Counted from the stretch's first letter, positions 8,857 through 18,881 are shown. The stretch: DNA of 64,000 nucleotides from Candidatus Aenigmatarchaeota archaeon (GCA_026397315.1 JAPLVC010000007.1:45450-109449); one strand, 5' to 3'. Program-made: numbers and translations. The notes: generated by a model from the letters alone, not told the origin.

Positions 8857-9573
8857 ATGGAATATGTTATTGAAGCATCTGGTTTGACGAAGAAATTTGG
8901 CGCGCTGAAGGCCGTCGATGGTTTGTCACTTTCAATCAAAAAAGGCGAACTGTTCGGCCTACTCGGACCAAATGGCTCAGGCAAAACGACAACTATAAAG
9001 CTGCTGACCGGCCAGCTGAAACCACTGGATGGCCGTGCAAGAGTGATGAATGTAGACGTCCTGAAAAACCCCATAAGGGTAAAGGAGCTTGTAGGTATAA
9101 TCCCGGAGCAGGAGACGCCACCCAGTTTTCTGACTGCGGAAGAGTATCTTAATTTCGTGTGCAAAATAAGGAAAATCGAAAACGCGGAAAATAGATGCAA
9201 AAAATGGCTGAAATTCCTGGAATTCGAGGACCAGAAAGACGTCCTGTGCAAAGACCTGTCCAGGGGAACGAGGCAGAAGCTCATGTTCGCCCAAGCTTTC
9301 ATCCACGAGCCGAAGCTCGCCTTCATCGACGAGCCGCTCATAAACCTTGACCCGGTAATACAGAGAAAAGTGAAGGATTTCCTGCAGGGTTTCGTGAAAA
9401 GGGGCGGGACGATATTCTTCTCCACGCACGTGCTTGAGATAGCCGAGGAGATATGCACCAGGATAGCCATAATAGACAAGGGCAGGATCATTTACGAAGG
9501 CCGGATAAAAGACCTGAAAAGGAAAAAACAGCATCTCGAAGGATTGTTTTTGAAAATGGTGAAAGAGGCCTGA
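8857..9573 (+). CDS. ABC transporter ATP-binding protein
   Basis: Walker A GPNGSGKTT, ABC signature LSRGTRQKL, Walker B FIDEP. Confidence 0.85.
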   Translation: MEYVIEASGLTKKFGALKAVDGLSLSIKKGELFGLLGPNGSGKTTTIKLLTGQLKPLDGRARVMNVDVLKNPIRVKELVGIIPEQETPPSFLTAEEYLNFVCKIRKIENAENRCKKWLKFLEFEDQKDVLCKDLSRGTRQKLMFAQAFIHEPKLAFIDEPLINLDPVIQRKVKDFLQGFVKRGGTIFFSTHVLEIAEEICTRIAIIDKGRIIYEGRIKDLKRKKQHLEGLFLKMVKEA

Positions 9574-10977
9574 ATGTTCGAACTATTAAAGAGCATGATG
9601 AAGGAGGAGTGGCGCTCGCATTCGACGATGTTCGGGAGCATGATGTTTGCCCTTTTCCCCGTAATGATTGCCATTTTCTCATTTGCCGGCTCTTTATTCC
9701 TGCCGCTTTTCACGACTATACTGGCGGCTGACAAAATCGCCCTGCTGGCTCATTATACTTTTGTCATCTTCGGTCTGAGCGTCGGAGCTTTCGGCTTGTC
9801 CGGAAGGGAAATCATCAACAGGCGTTTCGGCCAGGCCAGCCTGATAGCGTACTCTTCAAAAAGCCTGCCTGTATCCGAAAGAAAAATATTCATGAACTTC
9901 TGCGTAAAAGATGTCATCTATTATTTCACATTCTGGATATTGCCATTCATGGCCGGCCTCGCTTTCGCGCTGCCTTTCATGACCGTCAGCCTAGATTACC
10001 TGCTCGTTTTTTCTACTCTTTCGCTCTCGTTTTTCATCGGTCTCTCCGCCATGTTTCTGCTCTCAACGCTTTATGCGCACTCAAGCCGGATTCTATTCGG
10101 CTTGCTGGCCATAATCGGGGTTCCGTTAATTTTTCTGGGTTTATATTTCGGTGTTGACCTGCCAAGCTCGCTGCCTTCATTCTCATTTTTCGTATCGCGC
10201 TCATGGGAAGATCTTGCCTTTGCATTGTTTCTGATAGTCGTCCCTTCAGCCGTATCCCTGGCTTTCCCGAAAATGGACTACCCGGAAAAGAAGAGAATGT
10301 ACAGAAACTCGCTAGCAGGACTTTCAAAAAAACTTGACTTGTTGGGGAACTCTCACTTCATCTCCAAAGACATCATTGACATGCAGAGAAGCGAGGGTGG
10401 CCTTGGAAAAATATTATTTGCTTTCATATTTCCAGTAGCATTTATCTGGGTGCTTCTGTTTGTTTTCCTGAAGTTCGTGCCTATCGCCGATTTCCTGCTG
10501 GTGTTCTCCATTCTATTGGGTGTGCTGGCCTCTTCCATTTACGAATGGCTCACGGAATTTGACATTTTCACCTCATATGTTTTCCTTCCGGTGAAAGTTT
10601 CGACTCTAATGAAAAGTAAAATAAAGGGCTACGCCATCATCAACATCGTCCCGCTTTCAATCCTGTTTTTAACGGCGATATGGCTTAATCAGCTTCAGGA
10701 CCTGGTCATCGCCATGGCGGCATTCCTGTCTGTTTCCTCGTTCACGCTGTCCATCAAAATATACCTGACAGGCCTATATCCTAATATTCTCCTGTACAGC
10801 GCGAAGATATTCGTCATGTTTTTGTTCGCCGCCTCACCGGTGCTGCTGCCCATGATAATTCTTTCCATAATCAATCCCCTATACCTGCTCGCCAGCCCTG
10901 TTTTGATGCTGCTGTCGTTCTACATCATAAAGAAAGGTTTTGCAAAATGGGACAAGACCGAGAGCGTTTACTTCTAG
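9574..10977 (+). CDS. ABC-2 type transporter permease (polytopic membrane protein)
   Basis: 467 aa, many hydrophobic helices; ATGA start/stop overlap with the ATPase gene. Confidence 0.6.
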   Translation: MFELLKSMMKEEWRSHSTMFGSMMFALFPVMIAIFSFAGSLFLPLFTTILAADKIALLAHYTFVIFGLSVGAFGLSGREIINRRFGQASLIAYSSKSLPVSERKIFMNFCVKDVIYYFTFWILPFMAGLAFALPFMTVSLDYLLVFSTLSLSFFIGLSAMFLLSTLYAHSSRILFGLLAIIGVPLIFLGLYFGVDLPSSLPSFSFFVSRSWEDLAFALFLIVVPSAVSLAFPKMDYPEKKRMYRNSLAGLSKKLDLLGNSHFISKDIIDMQRSEGGLGKILFAFIFPVAFIWVLLFVFLKFVPIADFLLVFSILLGVLASSIYEWLTEFDIFTSYVFLPVKVSTLMKSKIKGYAIINIVPLSILFLTAIWLNQLQDLVIAMAAFLSVSSFTLSIKIYLTGLYPNILLYSAKIFVMFLFAASPVLLPMIILSIINPLYLLASPVLMLLSFYIIKKGFAKWDKTESVYF

Positions 10978-11041
10978 GAATTATCCTTGTTCATGCAAAA
11001 TTAAAAACAGAATAAGTTTTTTAACATAAATATGTTGTGAG

Positions 11042-12331
11042 CTAGCGCGTCACTTCTAGCTTGTTGACCGCTTCCAAAAGATCTTTGGCCTTCGCGTTCT
11101 TCTCGAAGTGCTGCCTGACCGGTTCTAGCAACTCGTTCAGGCGCAACGCCACTCCCGATTTCAGATCCATGGGGTGAATTTTGCCCTCGGCATATGCTTT
11201 CTCCAGTCCCGCGTAGCTTTCGAAAGACACGTCGCCTCCGAACTTCTCATGCCTTTTGATGTCAAAAGTCTTGAACTTCTCGAAGATTATGAACTTGCAG
11301 TATTCGAGGATCGGGTTTTCTGCAATCTGTTTCTCCGGGCAGTAAGCCTTGGAAATCTTGCGCTTCACTTCCTCCGGCGAATCGGTCATGAATATCGCGG
11401 AATCGGGCTTCGATTTGCTCATCTTCATGTCGATAGCACGTTCAGTCGCACTAATCACATGCTCAATTTTTATAGATCCGGGGAATAATTTATCATATAA
11501 TATTTTGATTTTTGAGCCATCTGGATAATTATACTCACTAATATTTTTTTTAATGAAGAATTTTTGTTTATCTACAACATCTTCCAAAAAGAACTCATCT
11601 GCTTCTCTATAATATTTAAACCTAGATGCTTTGTTGTAAATATCTAAATCTAGACTATATCTTAAACTAACTACAGGTTCTACTAATCCCATCATCATAT
11701 GGTGAGAGACGATGACCGGCTTCCAGTAGCCGAGCTTCGGGCCGATTTCGCGCGCGAGCACGTTGACCTTGCGCTGGTCCAGGCCGAGCTGGCATATGTC
11801 CGCCTTCAGATGAAAAATGTCCGCGGCCTGCATGCACGGGTAGAGAATCTGCGACGCCTGCTGCACGTCCGCGTCTTTCCGTCCCATTATCTGGCCGCAG
11901 CGGACGATTCTGTTGACAGTCGTGTTGCGCGCCACCTGCATGACCTTCTTCCAGTAGTCGTCGTCTTTCACGTGCCCTGAGGCCCAAACGAATTCTACGT
12001 TATCGGCGTCGAGGCCACACGACTTCCAGACCTCTATGAGGTATTTGCCTACCGTCTGTATGTTCTCGAGATTACCGCCCATCTTGTTGTTCGCCCAGCC
12101 GTGCCAGTCGGCAACCAGCATCTTGAACTTGCAGCCGGCGGAAGTCATTTTGTTTATGTTTATCGCCCGCAGTAGGCCCTGCGCTATGTGGACGTGCCCG
12201 CTCGGCTCGAAGCCATCATACGCTATCGGATGCTTTTTCTCCGCGAGCAGCGCCTTCAGCTCCTCAGGAGTGACTATCTCCCCGCCTTCGCCTACCTGCG
12301 AAACCAGCTCGAAGCGCTTTTCGACATCCAT
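11042..12331 (-). CDS. tyrS: Tyrosyl-tRNA synthetase (archaeal type) carrying an ~80-aa in-frame AT-rich insertion
   Basis: Close match to archaeal TyrRS (FEPSG...ADWH...QLGLDQRKVNVLARE...KMSKS...KFGGD...HPMDLK); 429 aa versus about 306-330 aa typical. Confidence 0.85.
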   Translation of the reverse strand: MDVEKRFELVSQVGEGGEIVTPEELKALLAEKKHPIAYDGFEPSGHVHIAQGLLRAININKMTSAGCKFKMLVADWHGWANNKMGGNLENIQTVGKYLIEVWKSCGLDADNVEFVWASGHVKDDDYWKKVMQVARNTTVNRIVRCGQIMGRKDADVQQASQILYPCMQAADIFHLKADICQLGLDQRKVNVLAREIGPKLGYWKPVIVSHHMMMGLVEPVVSLRYSLDLDIYNKASRFKYYREADEFFLEDVVDKQKFFIKKNISEYNYPDGSKIKILYDKLFPGSIKIEHVISATERAIDMKMSKSKPDSAIFMTDSPEEVKRKISKAYCPEKQIAENPILEYCKFIIFEKFKTFDIKRHEKFGGDVSFESYAGLEKAYAEGKIHPMDLKSGVALRLNELLEPVRQHFEKNAKAKDLLEAVNKLEVTR

Positions 12332-12596
12332 ATGCAGTCACTTAATAGTTTGTTTGATTAGTTAATATTTTTGGACTGAACTTGAAATTGTATATGAGTG
12401 TTTTGCCGGCCAATAATCAGGCCTAAATAAAATACGAATAGAAGTCTTCGCTGCTATCGCTGACAGGGAATGCTATTTTTTTAGCCAGCGAATTTTTGCT
12501 CATGAAACAACCATGCATCGCAGCTATTTAAGCGCGCCGCGCAGGGAAAGCCGGAGCAAAACCGGTTTATTAAAATCGCCCGTGCAATAATTTATC

Positions 12597-12941
12597 ATGG
12601 GCCCATGGGAGACTGCAATAGACTTTTTGTATAAGGCCGGGTTTTTCGCACTACTGACCGCGCTGCTGGTTTTCACGCTGCTTTATTTCCTGCTGTTCAA
12701 CTGGCTGAGGAAAGCGAAGAAGCGCGAGCCCAAGAAATACGAGAAGGCGCTGTTCGTGATTGTCTCGATATTGGCGGCGTCGCTGATATTCATATTCTCC
12801 GTGGGCGAAGCCGCGGCTATCGTGACGACGTATGTCATGGCTGCGATATTCCTTGTCGTGATGTTCTTCTTCATCATGATACTGGCGCTCTCGTTCTTCG
12901 GCAAACCGACATGGAAATTCTGGAAAGTCGCTCCGGGATGA
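12597..12941 (+). CDS. Hypothetical small membrane protein
   Basis: Three predicted TM helices; KK-rich loop. Confidence 0.35.
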   Translation: MGPWETAIDFLYKAGFFALLTALLVFTLLYFLLFNWLRKAKKREPKKYEKALFVIVSILAASLIFIFSVGEAAAIVTTYVMAAIFLVVMFFFIMILALSFFGKPTWKFWKVAPG

Positions 12942-12965
12942 AGATTTTATAAACCGCATGGGTAA

Positions 12966-13886
12966 TTGTGTTGTATGGACAGCGTAAAGGATTATAATAT
13001 CGAAGGCGCGGATTTCGGCAAGCTCGTGAAGCAGATGCGTTTCGCTGGTTTCCAGGCGACGCATCTCGCCGAAGGAGTCGAAATAATCAGGCTCATGCGC
13101 AAGGATAAGGCGACGATATTCCTGACGTTTACGGCAAACATGGTCGCCAGCGGGCTTCGCAGTCTGTTCGCGCGACTCTGCGAGAAGAAAATGGTCGACG
13201 TCATAATAACGACGGGCGGCGCGATAGAGCACGATTTCATCCGTTCGTTCAGGCCTTACCTGCTCGGCGACTTCAACATGGACGACGTGCAGCTGCATAA
13301 AAAGGGAATGAACAGGATAGGCAACATCATCGTCCCGACGGAGCGCTACGTCTTCCTCGAGAAGAAGCTCCAGCCGCTTTTCGCGAAAATGTACAAGCAC
13401 AAGAAATCAACCAGCCCGAGCGAGATAGCAAGGCGTTTGGGAACAATGACCAAAGACAAGAACTCGTTCCTTTACTGGGCTGCTAAAAACAGCATCCCGA
13501 TTTTCTCGCCAGGCATCACGGATTCTGCAATCGGACTCCAGACGTTCTTCTTCAAGCAGGACCATCCGGACTTCGCCATCGACGTCACGGGCGACATGAA
13601 AGCGCTAGCGGACATAACGCTCAACGCGAAGAAGACGGGCGGCATAATCCTTGGCGGAGGCATATCGAAGCACCACGCTCTCGGCGCGAACCTGATGCGC
13701 GGCGGCCTCGACTACGCCGTTTACGTAACGACTTCATCGCCCTGGGACGGCTCGCTTTCCGGCGCGCGGACTAACGAAGCTGTCTCATGGGGCAAGATAA
13801 AGAGCGGCAAAGCCGCCAGGAATCACGTGACCATCGATGGCGACGCGACGATAATTTTCCCTCTGCTGATTCACGAGTTGATTTGA
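12966..13886 (+). CDS. dys: Deoxyhypusine synthase
   Basis: DHS-like length and motifs (VDVIITTGGAIEHD, GLR, IIVP). Confidence 0.75.
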   Translation: MCCMDSVKDYNIEGADFGKLVKQMRFAGFQATHLAEGVEIIRLMRKDKATIFLTFTANMVASGLRSLFARLCEKKMVDVIITTGGAIEHDFIRSFRPYLLGDFNMDDVQLHKKGMNRIGNIIVPTERYVFLEKKLQPLFAKMYKHKKSTSPSEIARRLGTMTKDKNSFLYWAAKNSIPIFSPGITDSAIGLQTFFFKQDHPDFAIDVTGDMKALADITLNAKKTGGIILGGGISKHHALGANLMRGGLDYAVYVTTSSPWDGSLSGARTNEAVSWGKIKSGKAARNHVTIDGDATIIFPLLIHELI

Positions 13887-13905
13887 TCGGACTCTGGTTG
13901 TTTGT

Positions 13906-14442
13906 ATGCTGGTTATTCTGCTCGCGGCTCTGGCCGCAGGTTTTCTGACGAAGTTCACCGACCTGATAGTAGACAAGGACATAAAGGCAGACAAGCGCAT
14001 CGCTTACGTCACCGGACCGCTTTACGGCCTGGCCATCGCATACGTGATGACAACCGAACCATCGCTAGCTCCGCTAGGGGTTGCCCTGACACTCGCAGTA
14101 ATTATAACGCGCAAGATAGACAGACTTCCTCATACGCTGGGTATAGCCGCGCTGGCCGCAGGCCTGGTCGCGATGGGCTTCCACGGCGCGGACGTTTTAC
14201 AAGTAGCGGTATTCCTGCTCGCAGGCATCGGCGATGAAATAGGCAACAGCCTTGCGGACAAGGGAAAAATCAAAGGCATACCGGCGAAGCTGCTCAAGTC
14301 GAGACTCATGTTCATCGAGCCCGTCGCTTTCGCCGTCTCGCTTCTGACAGGCCAGTGGATAATATTCTCGGGCATCGTATGCTTCGACGCTGCTTACCAG
14401 ATGACGACAAGGTTCGCCAGAAAGAGCAAGCAGCTTAAATAG
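13906..14442 (+). CDS. Hypothetical membrane protein
   Basis: Multiple hydrophobic helices; no motif. Confidence 0.4.
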   Translation: MLVILLAALAAGFLTKFTDLIVDKDIKADKRIAYVTGPLYGLAIAYVMTTEPSLAPLGVALTLAVIITRKIDRLPHTLGIAALAAGLVAMGFHGADVLQVAVFLLAGIGDEIGNSLADKGKIKGIPAKLLKSRLMFIEPVAFAVSLLTGQWIIFSGIVCFDAAYQMTTRFARKSKQLK

Positions 14443-14499
14443 ACGCGCGCACATTTAACTAAATTCAGCCAATTATTAACTGTTCCGATTCGTAATGAT

Positions 14500-15759
14500 G
14501 TGTTTTGCATGATTGATATACGTTTCCTCGGTGGTTGCAGGGAAGTAGGCAGGATGGGCATGCTCGTCGATACGGGAGCCGAAAAATTCCTGTGGGAATA
14601 CGGCATAAACGTGGAGAACTGGGGCAAGCCCATAAAGCCGGAGATAAACTTCGACGGAGTTTTCGTCTCGCACGCGCATCTAGACCACTCCGGGCTTCTG
14701 CCGCAGATATACAGGGAGGGATACGAGGGCATGCTCTACAGTGACCCTACGACCATCGACCTGCTATCGATACTGCTCCGCGACTCGCTGAAGATACAAA
14801 AGAGCGAATGCAACGACATCGATTTTTTCATGGAAGACATAAAGCACCTCGAGCGCAACGCATCGTTCCTGAAGGCAGGCGAGACGCAGGACTTCACGCT
14901 TTCCAACGTGAGCTTCCACAACGCCGGCCACATTCCCGGGAGCGTCACAACTCTTCTCGAGAGCCGTGGGAAGCGCGTCCTCTTCACGGGCGACATAAAG
15001 TTCCAGGGAACCCAGCTCATGAACGGCGCTGACACCAATTTCCAAAACATAGACGTGCTCATCTCGGAATCGACTTACTCCTACACGAACCATCCCGACA
15101 GGACCGTCATAGAGAACGGTCTTAGAAAAACGGTGCAGAGAACCATATACGGCGGCGGCGTGTGCCTGATACCGGCGTTCGCTGTTGGCAGGACGCAGGA
15201 GATACTGCTCAACCTTAGCGACCTCGGCGTCCCAATATATCTGGACGGCATGGGTGTGCGCGCGACTGAAGCGATACTGCGCCACGCGAAAAGCATCAAG
15301 GATTACAAAAAGCTGAGCAACGCGTTCTCGCGTGCCCACAAGGTGACGAGAGGCAGCGAACGCGACAGGATAATAGAAAAGCCGTGCGCCATCATCACGA
15401 CAGCAGGCATGCTCAACGGCGGCCCGATACTGAGCTACCTTTCGAAACTGCATGGCAGGGAGGACTGCTCGCTCGTCATGACCGGATACCAGGTGCCCGG
15501 CACGGGCGGAAGGAATCTCATGGAAACCGGCAGGTTCGTGAGCGGCGAAATCGACGTGAGGCCGAGGATGCGCATAGAGTTCCTTGACTTCTCGGCTCAC
15601 ACGGACCACGACCATCTCATAGAATTTTACAAAAAGGTGAGGCCGAAGAAAATCGTCCTCGTGCACGGCGAGAAGACCGAGGAGTTCGCGAAAGAGCTGA
15701 ACGGCATGGGCTTCAACGCGGTCGCGCCCAAGAACGGCGACACTCTCAGGATAGACTGA
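14500..15759 (+). CDS. Metallo-beta-lactamase / beta-CASP ribonuclease (aCPSF2-like)
   Basis: HAHLDHSG motif, beta-CASP architecture, 419 aa. Confidence 0.75.
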   Translation: MFCMIDIRFLGGCREVGRMGMLVDTGAEKFLWEYGINVENWGKPIKPEINFDGVFVSHAHLDHSGLLPQIYREGYEGMLYSDPTTIDLLSILLRDSLKIQKSECNDIDFFMEDIKHLERNASFLKAGETQDFTLSNVSFHNAGHIPGSVTTLLESRGKRVLFTGDIKFQGTQLMNGADTNFQNIDVLISESTYSYTNHPDRTVIENGLRKTVQRTIYGGGVCLIPAFAVGRTQEILLNLSDLGVPIYLDGMGVRATEAILRHAKSIKDYKKLSNAFSRAHKVTRGSERDRIIEKPCAIITTAGMLNGGPILSYLSKLHGREDCSLVMTGYQVPGTGGRNLMETGRFVSGEIDVRPRMRIEFLDFSAHTDHDHLIEFYKKVRPKKIVLVHGEKTEEFAKELNGMGFNAVAPKNGDTLRID

Positions 15760-15764
15760 TCACT

Positions 15765-16241
15765 TTACGAAGGATTCGGCACAATAAGTTCTTCAGAGCC
15801 GAATTGTTCTTCCCCAACAAGGAAATCGTGTGGGAAGTCTCCGCGTGAAATTTTTTTCATCAAATATTCTATGGCGCAGGTTGCATGGGCTTCTGCGAAA
15901 GGCGGGGATTGCATGTCCGGATATTTAATGTTTTTTAAAATGTTTTCGGCAATTTCCCTTTCGTGTTTTTTCACGAAGGGAATCAGTTTTTCCGCATTTT
16001 TCTTGTTGAAACCCAAATCATTTCTTACAGAAAATCCTTGAATCACTTTGACCGTGTGCTCCAAGAGTTTTGATATATAAACAGCGTCTGCCTCATTTTT
16101 AATCAATGGCAGTTCATTGCCTAGAACGAAAAAACTGTAAAAATCAGCGCAAGTGGGCGGGCCTGCATATGCCTTGTTCGAACAAAATGCTATCTTATAT
16201 TTTTCGTTCCATCGGCACAGTTTGCAATAATCTGATAGCAT
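15765..16241 (-). CDS. Hypothetical protein (158 aa)
   Basis: Convergent with the beta-CASP gene; no motif recognised. Confidence 0.4.
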   Translation of the reverse strand: MLSDYCKLCRWNEKYKIAFCSNKAYAGPPTCADFYSFFVLGNELPLIKNEADAVYISKLLEHTVKVIQGFSVRNDLGFNKKNAEKLIPFVKKHEREIAENILKNIKYPDMQSPPFAEAHATCAIEYLMKKISRGDFPHDFLVGEEQFGSEELIVPNPS

Positions 16242-16341
16242 AATTCATCACTTAGTTTACTGTGAAATAGATACGAAATTAACTTTAAATTGACATGGTT
16301 TTGCATCGGGCTATTTAATTTCGAGCGGGCCAATATTAAAC

Positions 16342-17385
16342 ATGATTGTAATTCCTGGTGAGTATGGCAGCGGGTCGGGAACGATAGTCAGGCTCGCAAC
16401 CGCATTTTCTGCGCTAACCGGAAAGCCGATAAAAATAACCGACATACGCGCGAAGCGTCCGAACCCGGGCCTGCGCCACCAGCATATCGAAGCGCTGAGG
16501 GCGATAGCGAAACTGAGCGGCGGAAAATTGAAAGGCGATGAAGTCGGCTCAAAGGAAATAGAGTTCACGCCAAAGAAAGTGAAGGGCGGAACTATTGACG
16601 TGGCGATAGAGACTGCCGGCTCCATAGGCCTGCTTGCTTATGCTGTCATGATTCCAGCTCTTTGCGCTTCCGGGAAAACGATTCTCAGGATAAAGGGCGG
16701 GTCCACCGCTAGTTTATGGGCGCCGCCGGTCTACTACATGGAAAACGTGCTGTTTCCGACGCTCGCGAAGATGGGAATCGACGCGAAATTCACCATAAAC
16801 ATGCATGGTTTTTTCCCCAAAGGCGGAGCAGACGTCGTGTTCGAGATAAGCCCCGCGAAGAAAGTCGCTCCCATAGTCATGAAGGAAGCCGGAGACGTCG
16901 AAACGATAACAGGCTTATCTATCGCATCGAATGACCTGAAATCCAGGAACGTAGCCGAACGGCAAATCGCCGGCTACCGCAGGATAATAAGGAAGGAGAA
17001 AGGCGTCGACATAAAACCGTTATACGTTAACGCCGCTTCGACCGGCTCGGCTTTCGTTGTCTGGGCCAAAACGACGACCGGATGCATTCTGTCGGGAGAC
17101 CACGTGGGCGAAGAGAAGAAGCCTGCCGAAGTCGCCGGAGAAGAAGCGGCATTCAAGCTGAAAGAAGAGATGGATTACAAATCGACCGTGGGCTTCCAGC
17201 TCGCGGACCAGCTCATTCCCTTCATGGCGCTCGCGTCCGGCAAATCAGAAATTCTCGTGCCGGAGCTTACGGATCACGTGAAGACGAACATATGGCTTTG
17301 CGAAAAGTTCCTCGGCTCGAAATTCGTCACCAAAGAGAACGGCGAGAATTTCAGGGTTTCCTGTTCCGGCCGCGCGTCAAAATAA
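16342..17385 (+). CDS. rtcA: RNA 3'-terminal phosphate cyclase
   Basis: N-terminus GEYGSGSGTIVRLATAFSALTGKPIKITDIRAKRPNPGLRHQHIEALRA matches the RtcA family. Confidence 0.8.
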   Translation: MIVIPGEYGSGSGTIVRLATAFSALTGKPIKITDIRAKRPNPGLRHQHIEALRAIAKLSGGKLKGDEVGSKEIEFTPKKVKGGTIDVAIETAGSIGLLAYAVMIPALCASGKTILRIKGGSTASLWAPPVYYMENVLFPTLAKMGIDAKFTINMHGFFPKGGADVVFEISPAKKVAPIVMKEAGDVETITGLSIASNDLKSRNVAERQIAGYRRIIRKEKGVDIKPLYVNAASTGSAFVVWAKTTTGCILSGDHVGEEKKPAEVAGEEAAFKLKEEMDYKSTVGFQLADQLIPFMALASGKSEILVPELTDHVKTNIWLCEKFLGSKFVTKENGENFRVSCSGRASK

Positions 17386-17959
17386 AAATAACCGCGGCTA
17401 GAGCTAGCGTCACGGTAAAGCTTTCTACGGCCAGAATGTTTTTGTATGTGTCAGGCACCCTGGTCAACGTGCCTAGGAAATAATCGAAAAAATTGTTCAC
17501 CAGCAATATCGCCATCACAATGAGCGCGTGTTTTATTTTCGGCCTCATTTGGGGGATGAGCGTCACGCCTTCGACGACCATGCCCAGGTGCAGGAAGACG
17601 TTGATTACGCCTATGAACGGGTCGAGCGGGTCCGGCGACGTGACGTAGCTTTTCCAGTAAAGCGCTATCGCCGCCACGGTCCAGAGGCCGTATTCGATGA
17701 GATACGCTCCGGCAAGGCATTTCAGGGATTCCGGCGCTTTACGACGGAAATAGAAAAGCGCGCACACTATCGCGATCATCAGCACCGAAAGCGGCGAATC
17801 TATGATGATTATCCAGAGCGACGGATTCGAATTCATGAGCTGCGGCCAGTAAAACCACAGACCGACGAAAAAGCCGAGGACGTTGGCGAACACGAGAAAT
17901 GCTAGCGCACGCTTGTCACTGAAGACTAACTCTGAAAAACGCGAAAGCTTCTGCATCAT
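17351..17959 (-). CDS. Hypothetical polytopic membrane protein
   Basis: 202 aa with 5-6 hydrophobic helices. Confidence 0.5.
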   Translation of the reverse strand: MMQKLSRFSELVFSDKRALAFLVFANVLGFFVGLWFYWPQLMNSNPSLWIIIIDSPLSVLMIAIVCALFYFRRKAPESLKCLAGAYLIEYGLWTVAAIALYWKSYVTSPDPLDPFIGVINVFLHLGMVVEGVTLIPQMRPKIKHALIVMAILLVNNFFDYFLGTLTRVPDTYKNILAVESFTVTLALAAVIFILTRGRNRKP

Positions 17960-18429
17960 GCCTTACCTATGTCCTTTATAGGGACGCCGCCGACCAGCGC
18001 GCCGGGTGGAACGCTCCTGTTGACCAGCGAGTATGCTGCAATCTTCGCATCGTCGCCTATTTCGACGCCCGCGAGAATCATGGTGAGCGAGCCGACAAGG
18101 ACGTTGCTGCCTATCTTTACCCGGCCTTTCTTGTACTGATTGTGGTGGAACTCGTGAGTGACTATGGTCGTGAAAGAGCCTATGGTGCAGTTGTCGCCTA
18201 TTTCTATCATCTCCGGGAAGAAAATGTCGAAATTCGTGCCGTATATGCGCACGTTCCTGCCTATCTTGATGCCGGCCTTCCTGTAGAGCCTGTTCTTGAG
18301 CCTGATGTCGGGCATGTACTTGCACGCGGTTATTATTATGAAGTTGCGGAGAACACGAACGGGATTGCGTATCTTGCCCCACTCGCTCAGCGACAATCCC
18401 TCTTCAGGGAAGCGGAAGCATGAAATCAT
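17956..18429 (-). CDS. Hexapeptide-repeat (left-handed beta-helix) acetyltransferase
   Basis: Repeats IGxxxxIGxxxxIG (IGRNVRIYG, IGDNCTIGS, IGSNVLVGS, IGDDAKIAA); start moved to the internal Met, giving a 4-nt overlap with the upstream gene. Confidence 0.7.
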   Translation of the reverse strand: MISCFRFPEEGLSLSEWGKIRNPVRVLRNFIIITACKYMPDIRLKNRLYRKAGIKIGRNVRIYGTNFDIFFPEMIEIGDNCTIGSFTTIVTHEFHHNQYKKGRVKIGSNVLVGSLTMILAGVEIGDDAKIAAYSLVNRSVPPGALVGGVPIKDIGKA

Positions 18430-18677
18430 TCTTTTCTTGTATTTGTCCTCTTCTGCCATAGTACTTTACCTTCCATGCGCACTTCAACAATCCTGTGGTT
18501 CGGTATGTGAGTCTCGCGGCCGTTATCTTTATAGTGGAAGTGCGACCTTTTTAATTCCGTCACGTTCGCGCCGGATACCGTCTTCACGTCGCCGGGCGCG
18601 CCCCTATGGACGAACGTTATTTCCGCCTTCGCGAGCGCGCCTGTCCACTTGAGCCTGTTGAGCGTCTCGAAGGCCAT
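18426..18677 (-). CDS. Small conserved archaeal protein (possibly UPF0248/DUF504-like)
   Basis: 83 aa, basic; family assignment is from memory only. Confidence 0.35.
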   Translation of the reverse strand: MAFETLNRLKWTGALAKAEITFVHRGAPGDVKTVSGANVTELKRSHFHYKDNGRETHIPNHRIVEVRMEGKVLWQKRTNTRKE

Positions 18678-18715
18678 GTTTATTTTTGTCCCGGGGAATT
18701 AAATCCTTGGGAGCG

Positions 18716-18841
18716 TCAGAACTCGAAATAAACGCTGAGAGCGTCGCTCTTGCCGCATCTCGGGCATGCGCTGGCGGGCTTGAAAACTATGCCGCACTTG
18801 TTGCACATCCTCTTCTCGACCAACGCTTTTTCCCGGCTCAT
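18716..18841 (-). CDS. Zn-ribbon mini-protein (41 aa, CxxC-x13-CxxC)
   Basis: Manual minus-strand translation MSREKALVEKRMCNKCGIVFKPASACPRCGKSDALSVYFEF; below the ORF-track cutoff; in an operon with flanking minus-strand genes. Confidence 0.45.
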   Translation of the reverse strand: MSREKALVEKRMCNKCGIVFKPASACPRCGKSDALSVYFEF

Positions 18842-18881
18842 GAAAACAATCCTTTATTTCTTTGCGCGCCGGCTTAAAAAA

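Noticed and set aside
11444-11683. Intein in tyrS
   Set aside because: The insert is only about 80 aa, lacks N-terminal Cys/Ser and C-terminal HN splicing residues and has no homing-endonuclease blocks. It is treated as a non-intein insertion.
12651-13400. 249-aa minus-strand ORF overlapping the deoxyhypusine synthase gene. The same applies to other long antisense ORFs: 619..888, 14764..15666, 23598..24344, 30595..31266, 32126..32788, 40731..41486, 41550..42623, 47939..48988 and 51615..52343.
   Set aside because: Each lies antisense to a confidently identified, motif-bearing gene in a GC-rich region where long spurious antisense ORFs are expected. Their products are Arg/His/Pro-rich low-complexity sequences.
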